From contig JACPWU010000061.1 in the NCBI GenBank assembly GCA_016196885.1, forward strand, positions 1 to 12,365: a stretch of DNA of 12,365 bases. Reading direction: 5' to 3'. Below the pieces are notes generated by a model that was not told the origin of the DNA, searched no databases, and saw only the letters and a program-made list of their open reading frames with translations. Source of the stretch: Chlamydiota bacterium. Lineage in GTDB: Bacteria; Auribacterota; JACPWU01. Of this stretch, positions 7,657 to 12,365 are shown in pieces; position 1 is the stretch's first letter, and every line of letters begins with the position of its first letter. The translations under genes were made by a program, and so were the position numbers.

Positions 7657-9592
7657 GGTTTGGGGGTCACTCATACCTGGACTTCTTATCTTTGTATTAA
7701 TCCTCACTCCTCTTCCTTTCGGATCAAAACCTGTTTGGGGATGGGGTGCCTCTTCCATCCTTATCTTCCTTGCATCCTCTCTTTTTTTTTGCAACCACTT
7801 CTTCCGGAAAAAAACTCTTCAACTCTCTGCTTCACTCCATTTTGGATGGATTCTGATTGCTTTATGGATGTTGATCTTCCTACAAATTCTACCTGTCCCC
7901 ATTATCCTTTACAAATTCTTCTCGGGTGAACGCTATGATAGCCTCACTCAGACCCTTCCCGAAACCTTATCATGGTATCCTTTAAGTTTCTTACCTACCA
8001 AGACCTTCCAATACCTCATTCAATATTCTGGATATGTTTTCTTTTATATGTTGATCCTTCGCTCATGTGCTAAAACGAAAACCGCTCAGTCTCTCGCACT
8101 TCTTATTTCTCTCATGGGACTTTTTGAGGCATTGTATGGACTTGTAGAACATCTTTCAGGAAGCCAATCTATTTTTGGTTACAAAAATTTTTACCCCCAA
8201 AGCAGCAATCTCACAAATGTTGCAACAGGAACATTTATAAACCCAAATCACTATGGGAACTATCTCAGTGTATGCTTTTTTATTACGGTGGGTCTTATTG
8301 GGTTTGAGTTTTCGAAAAACAAGGCTGAAGGGCTTGGATGGAAAGAAAGGACCCTTCAATTCACATCTGAAAGTTCTGCCAAAATGTTTTTTTTGATGGG
8401 GATTTGTTCAACCATCATTCTAGCTATTTTTTTTTCCAGATCGAGGGGTGCCACTCTAAATCTTATTTTAGGAGTCATTTGTTTCACTCTTCTTTCCCGT
8501 CAATACAATCGTATTTCTTGGAGGCCTATGGCTCTGGGCTCTTGCATCCTCTTAAGTTCAGGAATATTCTTTCTCTGGATCGGGGAATGGCCCTTCACGA
8601 ACAAATGGCTCAACTTGACAAAGGATATCTACTTAGGAGAATCCTTCCGTTTTAAAATCTGGGAAGATGCACTGACCTTATTTTCTCAATTTCCTCTCTT
8701 CGGCGCAGGCGCAGACACATTTGGAAATGTCTACCCCCTCTATCAGTCCATTCCAGATGTATACATCCAGCATGCCCATAATGACTATGTCCAAGCCCTC
8801 GCAGAATATGGGCTCCTTGGCTTCATTCCAATGATGCTTTGCATCTCTAGAGTTCGAACTTATTTAAAAGTTTTGAGAGTGAGGAAGCGTCACCCTAGTG
8901 ATTATCTCGCTTTTGGAGCTTTTGCAGGATGTTTTTCATCTCTTTTGCACTCTATTTTTGAATTTAATTTTCACATACCTGCCAACATTTTTGTGCTCTT
9001 AAGTGCTGTTGCCATTTCTACCCTTCCTTTAAAATCAGAACCTAAGTCACAAGAAAGTATCCATTTGGAAAGAGGGAGAAACATCCACTTTCCAAGATGG
9101 ACGCAACTTGTCATCATCTGTTTTTGTATGTATTGCGTTTTCTTTTGCTATCGTATTTCAAAAGCGGGTTGGTATCTTTTCAAAGTTGAACAGGGGCAAG
9201 GAAGAGACGATAATGGGGGAACGATAGAGCTCCCCCTTCAAGAGGCTGATATCCTCCTGACTCGTGCCATGCGCTATGATAAAAAGAACACTCAAATTCT
9301 CTATCGCAAAGCCCTTCTCATGCAAAGAGTCCCACTTTCTAAACAGGGTTTATCTACGAAAGAATACCTTCATCAATTTGACTGTTATCTTACACTCATT
9401 CAAAGGTCGGAACCACTAAACTATAATGTCCACCTTCAACTCAATCAACTCTACAAAAAGTTCGCCCTGTATTATGAAAGGTTTGAAATGAAAGAAGAAG
9501 TAGAGAAGTTCAAAAGGAAGGCAATAACAGAATTGGAGGTGGCGAGGAAACTCGCCCCCGCCTTATCTGGAATTCAGAACAAAAAACCCTGA
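7628..9592 (+). CDS. O-antigen ligase/polymerase family (Wzy_C) polytopic membrane protein with an extra TM and a TPR-like C-terminal tail
   Basis: Many hydrophobic segments. Hallmark Wzy_C motifs SRSRGATLNL and QHAHNDYVQALAEYGLLGF. The last ~150 aa are soluble and helical-repeat-like (LLTRAMRYDKKNTQILYRKALL..., LQLNQLYKKFALYYERF...). The start is uncertain. ATG 7628 (MKWFLHALPK..., purine-rich upstream) overlaps the Wzc-like gene by 29 nt. The track's ATG 7586 has no SD. Confidence 0.8.
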   Translation: MKWFLHALPKVWGSLIPGLLIFVLILTPLPFGSKPVWGWGASSILIFLASSLFFCNHFFRKKTLQLSASLHFGWILIALWMLIFLQILPVPIILYKFFSGERYDSLTQTLPETLSWYPLSFLPTKTFQYLIQYSGYVFFYMLILRSCAKTKTAQSLALLISLMGLFEALYGLVEHLSGSQSIFGYKNFYPQSSNLTNVATGTFINPNHYGNYLSVCFFITVGLIGFEFSKNKAEGLGWKERTLQFTSESSAKMFFLMGICSTIILAIFFSRSRGATLNLILGVICFTLLSRQYNRISWRPMALGSCILLSSGIFFLWIGEWPFTNKWLNLTKDIYLGESFRFKIWEDALTLFSQFPLFGAGADTFGNVYPLYQSIPDVYIQHAHNDYVQALAEYGLLGFIPMMLCISRVRTYLKVLRVRKRHPSDYLAFGAFAGCFSSLLHSIFEFNFHIPANIFVLLSAVAISTLPLKSEPKSQESIHLERGRNIHFPRWTQLVIICFCMYCVFFCYRISKAGWYLFKVEQGQGRDDNGGTIELPLQEADILLTRAMRYDKKNTQILYRKALLMQRVPLSKQGLSTKEYLHQFDCYLTLIQRSEPLNYNVHLQLNQLYKKFALYYERFEMKEEVEKFKRKAITELEVARKLAPALSGIQNKKP

Positions 9593-9599
9593 TGAGGTA

Positions 9600-9758
9600 T
9601 TAAAAGAGTGTATAAATAAAGGGGGCAAGGGCACTGGATTGAGAAAAAACAAGCAGTAGTCCAAAAAGCAGCAGCATTAATACAATCGGGGTAATCCACC
9701 ATTTTTTATTGTTTTTCAAAAATTCAAAATACTCAGTCAATATCTTCAATTTTGCCAT
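9600..9758 (-). CDS. DUF5989 / SxtK-like small membrane protein (52 aa), not present in the supplied ORF track
   Basis: Hand translation of the minus strand gives MAKLKILTEYFEFLKNNKKWWITPIVLMLLLFGLLLVFSQSSALAPFIYTLF*. GGGAGG (9770-9765) lies 6 nt upstream of the ATG (9758-9756). There is a single TM helix. The KKxW...P and C-terminal APFIYTLF pattern matches the small proteins I recall downstream of carbamoyltransferase/SxtJ genes. Confidence 0.8.
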   Translation of the reverse strand: MAKLKILTEYFEFLKNNKKWWITPIVLMLLLFGLLLVFSQSSALAPFIYTLF

Positions 9759-9811
9759 TTCAATCCTCCCGGATTCTGTAAGTAGATCTACCTATTCACT
9801 GGTTTCCCGTT

Positions 9812-9834
9812 ACCAATCACCAGTCACCAATCAC
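9812..9834. repeat. 9-bp direct repeat ACCAATCAC x2 (period 14) in the SxtJ-like/DUF5989 intergenic region
   Basis: ACCAATCAC occurs at 9812-9820 and at 9826-9834. A degenerate copy, CCTATTCAC, is at 9791-9799. A perfect 10-bp palindrome, GTAGATCTAC, is nearby at 9782-9791. Confidence 0.7.
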
Positions 9835-9866
9835 TCGTTTCTAACCCCCACCTTCGACCTGTTTTT

Positions 9867-10292
9867 CTAATACATCTTTTCGTAGTTTACCGTCTCGTCT
9901 TTATTAATCCAATAAGAATCCTTCTTTTTATCAAATTCTAAATCCAAAAATTTCTTACCCATTACCTTTGCAATAAACCCGAGAGGAGTCATAACCAAAT
10001 AGAAGAGTAAAAGAAGGATCAAACGAGAAACGATGCTACCCAAGAGAAAGGCGATTCCCATCCATACACGATAGACACCCCGTAGAATTCCTGGATAAAA
10101 AATACCCGAGATAACAAGAAAAATTCCACTTCCAAAAATAATGAATCTAGGGAGGGAAAAAGATTTCCTAAAAATCAGCCAACCTGAAAAAAGGAGGAGA
10201 CACCCCCCTACCGTGGTTCCAAATTTTTTAAGAGATTTCCTTGAAGTATCTAAACCTTCAATCTCTTCTATGACTTCCTTAATCCAACTCAT
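9867..10292 (-). CDS. SxtJ-family small membrane protein
   Basis: 141-aa ORF with about 3 TM segments. The segment VWMGIAFLLGSIVSRLILLLLFYLVMTPLGFIAKVMGKKFLDLEFDKKKDSYWINK follows the SxtJ-family pattern I recall (W-M..........S......L.FY.V.TP.G......GK..L.L.F.....SYWI). Its ATG overlaps the stop of carbamoyltransferase 2 by 14 nt, which suggests translational coupling. Confidence 0.75.
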   Translation of the reverse strand: MSWIKEVIEEIEGLDTSRKSLKKFGTTVGGCLLLFSGWLIFRKSFSLPRFIIFGSGIFLVISGIFYPGILRGVYRVWMGIAFLLGSIVSRLILLLLFYLVMTPLGFIAKVMGKKFLDLEFDKKKDSYWINKDETVNYEKMY

Positions 10293-12096
10293 AAACCTTT
10301 TTCCAATCTATATTCTCATGAAAGGGAGGATGATCTTCTTTTCTGATAACAAAGTTTTCAAGAACCAGTGTGTCCATTTCAGTTCTCATGAAACATTTAT
10401 AAGCATCGAGAGGAGATTCTACAATAGGTTCTCCTCGAACATTAAAAGAAGTGTTGATCAGAACAGGACATTCTGTCTTTTCATAAAATTTGCTTAAGAG
10501 GGCATGATAATGGGGATGATCCTTTTTGTGGACTGTCTGAATGCGAGCTGAATAGTCCACATGAGTCACCGCAGGAATTTCAGAACGAATGACATTGAGT
10601 TTATCAATCCCCCACAGTTTTTCTTCCTCTGGAGTCATCTGCCGTTGTTTTTCTTTTTTAACATCCGCAACCAAAAGCATGTAAGGACTTTCCCCTTCAA
10701 TGTCAAACCATTCACTTGCCTTCTCGGCCAAAATGGAAGGGGCAAAGGGTCTAAAACTTTCCCTGAACTTGATTTTGAGATTCATTTTCTTTTGCATGTC
10801 GCTCGACCGTGCATCTCCAAGAATGGACCTGGCTCCCAATGATCTGGGCCCAAATTCCATCCTACCTTGGAACCAACCGACGACCTTTCCCTTGATTAAA
10901 TCATCTGAAACTTGATCTAATAGCTGCTCTTTTTCCAAATAACGACACGGGAGTTGATTTTCGTTTAAGAAATTATGAATAGCTTCATTGCTATACGAAG
11001 GACCTAAGCAGGATCCTTTCTGAAGATCCCTGCCATTTTTCTGTATCAGAGGTTGGTTTAAATAATGATGGTAGGCAATAAAAGCCGCCCCTAAAGCTCC
11101 TCCCGCATCGCCTGCCGCTGGCTGAATCCACAAATCATCAAAAATCCTCTCTTTTAGTATTTTACCGTTGCCCACACAATTTAAAGAAACACCCCCCGCC
11201 AAACACAGATATTTTTCACCCGTCACTTTTTTCACATGCCGGGCCATACGGACCATGATTTCCTCTGTGACCTCTTGAATGGACCGGGCCAAATCCATTT
11301 CCCTTTGAGTAAGACGACTTTCAGGTTTACGGGCTGGACCCTCAAATAATTCTGAAAATCCCCCATTTGTCATCGTGAGACCCGCACAATAATTAAAATA
11401 CTTCATGTTCATTTTGAAGGAACCGTCTTCTTTAAGGTCAATTAAATGATCATAAATTTTTTGGACATATTTTGGTTCTCCGTAAGGAGCAAGGCCCATC
11501 ACTTTATACTCCCCAGAATTCACTTTGAATCCCGTAAAATAGGTGAAGGCGGAATAGAGAAGACCCAAGGAATGAGGAAAATGTAATTCTGAGATGATTT
11601 TAATTTTGTTATCCACTCCCACACCGAAAGAAGAAGTGGCCCATTCACCCACTCCATCCATGGTTAAAAATGCGGCCCTCTTGAATGGAGAAGGAAAATA
11701 GGCTGAAGCTGCATGGGATTCATGATGCTCAGGAAAAAGCACCTTGCCTTTGTATCCTATTTCTTTCTCGATCAGATCTGGAATCCAAAGCTTTTGTTTG
11801 AGCCAAAGGGGAATGGCCTTGATGAAGGCAGGCAATCCCCTGGGGGCATAAGCCAGATGCGTCTCTAGAATCCGATTAAACTTGATAAATGGTTTATCAT
11901 AAAAAGCAACATCATCTAGCTGGTCAACAGCAATACCCGCCTCTTTCAAACAATACCGCACGGCATGAGCCGGAAAGCCAGCATCATGCCTTTTGCGCGT
12001 GAAACGTTCCTCCTGGGCAGCAGCGATGATTTGACCATCTCTTAAGAGACAGGCTGCAGAATCATGATAGTAAGCTGAGATGCCTAGAGTGTTTAT
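10279..12096 (-). CDS. Carbamoyltransferase 2 (NodU/CmcH/TobZ family), extended upstream to a non-canonical ATA start
   Basis: Family motifs: FPEHHESHAASAYF, QPAAGDAGGALGAAF, SFRPFAPSILAE, AVTHVDYSARIQTV, LINTSFNVRGEPIV. The track starts at GTG 11961, but the frame stays open upstream to TAG (12114-12112). That extension encodes INTLGISAYYHDSAACLLRDGQIIAAAQEERFTRKRHDAGFPAHA, which is collinear with the N-terminus of carbamoyltransferase 1. The 3' end and the region 10279-11961 are secure. The 5' end at ATA 12096 is inferred. Confidence 0.8.
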   Translation of the reverse strand: MNTLGISAYYHDSAACLLRDGQIIAAAQEERFTRKRHDAGFPAHAVRYCLKEAGIAVDQLDDVAFYDKPFIKFNRILETHLAYAPRGLPAFIKAIPLWLKQKLWIPDLIEKEIGYKGKVLFPEHHESHAASAYFPSPFKRAAFLTMDGVGEWATSSFGVGVDNKIKIISELHFPHSLGLLYSAFTYFTGFKVNSGEYKVMGLAPYGEPKYVQKIYDHLIDLKEDGSFKMNMKYFNYCAGLTMTNGGFSELFEGPARKPESRLTQREMDLARSIQEVTEEIMVRMARHVKKVTGEKYLCLAGGVSLNCVGNGKILKERIFDDLWIQPAAGDAGGALGAAFIAYHHYLNQPLIQKNGRDLQKGSCLGPSYSNEAIHNFLNENQLPCRYLEKEQLLDQVSDDLIKGKVVGWFQGRMEFGPRSLGARSILGDARSSDMQKKMNLKIKFRESFRPFAPSILAEKASEWFDIEGESPYMLLVADVKKEKQRQMTPEEEKLWGIDKLNVIRSEIPAVTHVDYSARIQTVHKKDHPHYHALLSKFYEKTECPVLINTSFNVRGEPIVESPLDAYKCFMRTEMDTLVLENFVIRKEDHPPFHENIDWKKVYELD

Positions 12097-12146
12097 TCTC
12101 TTACCTTTCCCCTAAAATGTTACAATTTTTTCAACCTCTAACAACC

Positions 12147-12365
12147 TTATACCGCCGAATTCGCAAGAAAATTCTCTCCCTTCTTCGTAATCACATAACG
12201 CTGTTTTGGACTTTGAGGAGATCGCGGGTCCGTCATGGCCAAGAGCCCTTCTTTGAACAAGGGACGTAGATATTTTTTCATAAAATTCTTTCGGTCTCTG
12301 AATCTCATCAACTTCAACATCTGTCGAATTGTCCTCGGCTCGGCGCAAAAAGTTAATAACTTATA
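12147..12365 (-). CDS. 3' end (72 codons plus stop) of a gene running in from beyond the window; winged-helix C-terminal module of the kind found in Fic-type and AlbA_2/HATPase_c_4 (RecG-like) putative regulators
   Basis: Hand translation of the minus-strand frame that is open to the window edge gives YKLLTFCAEPRTIRQMLKLMRFRDRKNFMKKYLRPLFKEGLLAMTDPRSPQSPKQRYVITKKGENFLANSAV*, with the stop at 12149-12147. The pattern F....YL.PL...GLL..T.P..P.SP.Q.Y..T..G matches the recurrent C-terminal module of those families as I recall it. The ORF track does not list this frame. Confidence 0.5.
   Translation of the reverse strand, partial: YKLLTFCAEPRTIRQMLKLMRFRDRKNFMKKYLRPLFKEGLLAMTDPRSPQSPKQRYVITKKGENFLANSAV

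Noticed and set aside
7660-8655. ORFs 7660-7929(+), 8404-8655(+) and 8156-8359(-)
   Set aside because: They are alternative frames or antisense within the Wzy_C-like gene. The main frame carries the family motifs across the whole span.
10141-10915. Plus-strand ORFs 10141-10497, 10561-10842 and 10700-10915
   Set aside because: They are antisense to the SxtJ-like gene and carbamoyltransferase 2, with no recognisable features.
12097-12146. Possible promoter (TTGTTA-16-TAACAT) in the 50-nt gap upstream of carbamoyltransferase 2
   Set aside because: Both hexamers are weak. A transcript from it would start practically on the SD. Co-transcription with the upstream gene is at least as likely.
12112-12348. 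78-aa minus-strand ORF, in the same frame as carbamoyltransferase 2 and separated from it only by TAG. I considered stop-codon read-through or a fused upstream domain.
   Set aside because: It starts at TTG with no SD, and its sequence resembles nothing I know. A different overlapping frame gives a convincing winged-helix C-terminus. The shared frame with carbamoyltransferase 2 is most likely coincidental.
1-12365. Scan for tRNA/rRNA genes, CRISPR repeats, IS inverted repeats, integrase or transposase motifs, and toxin-antitoxin or defence gene signatures
   Set aside because: I found no regularly spaced repeats, no cloverleaf-compatible segment and no recognisable mobile-element or defence protein motifs. 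Coding density and composition look uniform by eye.

Overview
This window looks like a Gram-negative exopolysaccharide or capsule export and modification locus. I recognise no rRNA, tRNA, CRISPR array or transposase. The centre is a plus-strand operon (about 3095-9592) with five genes: a small secreted protein with a poly-Glu tail, an outer-membrane beta-barrel, a short Wza-type OPX export protein, a Wzz-domain/BY-kinase co-polymerase (Wzc-like), and a Wzy_C/O-antigen-ligase-family membrane protein with a TPR-like tail. Two minus-strand operons flank it, each led by a NodU/CmcH/TobZ-type carbamoyltransferase. The left operon is carbamoyltransferase 1 plus a GDP-mannose-3,5-epimerase-like SDR. 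The right operon is carbamoyltransferase 2, an SxtJ-like membrane protein, and a 52-aa DUF5989/SxtK-like ORF that the ORF track does not list. The right edge carries the 3' end of a winged-helix regulator-like gene, in a frame the track does not list. The left edge carries a dense nested-palindrome element. There are no glycosyltransferase, flippase or priming-transferase genes in the window, so the locus probably continues outside it. I see no clear evidence of a wholly new system. The best candidates for follow-up are: (1) the carbamoyltransferase/SxtJ/DUF5989 triad of unknown function embedded in a polysaccharide locus; (2) an ATA codon exactly where carbamoyltransferase 2 should start; (3) a helix-less OPX paired with a dedicated beta-barrel and an uncharacterised acidic periplasmic protein. 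All family assignments rest on motifs recalled from memory and read by eye. No searches were run.
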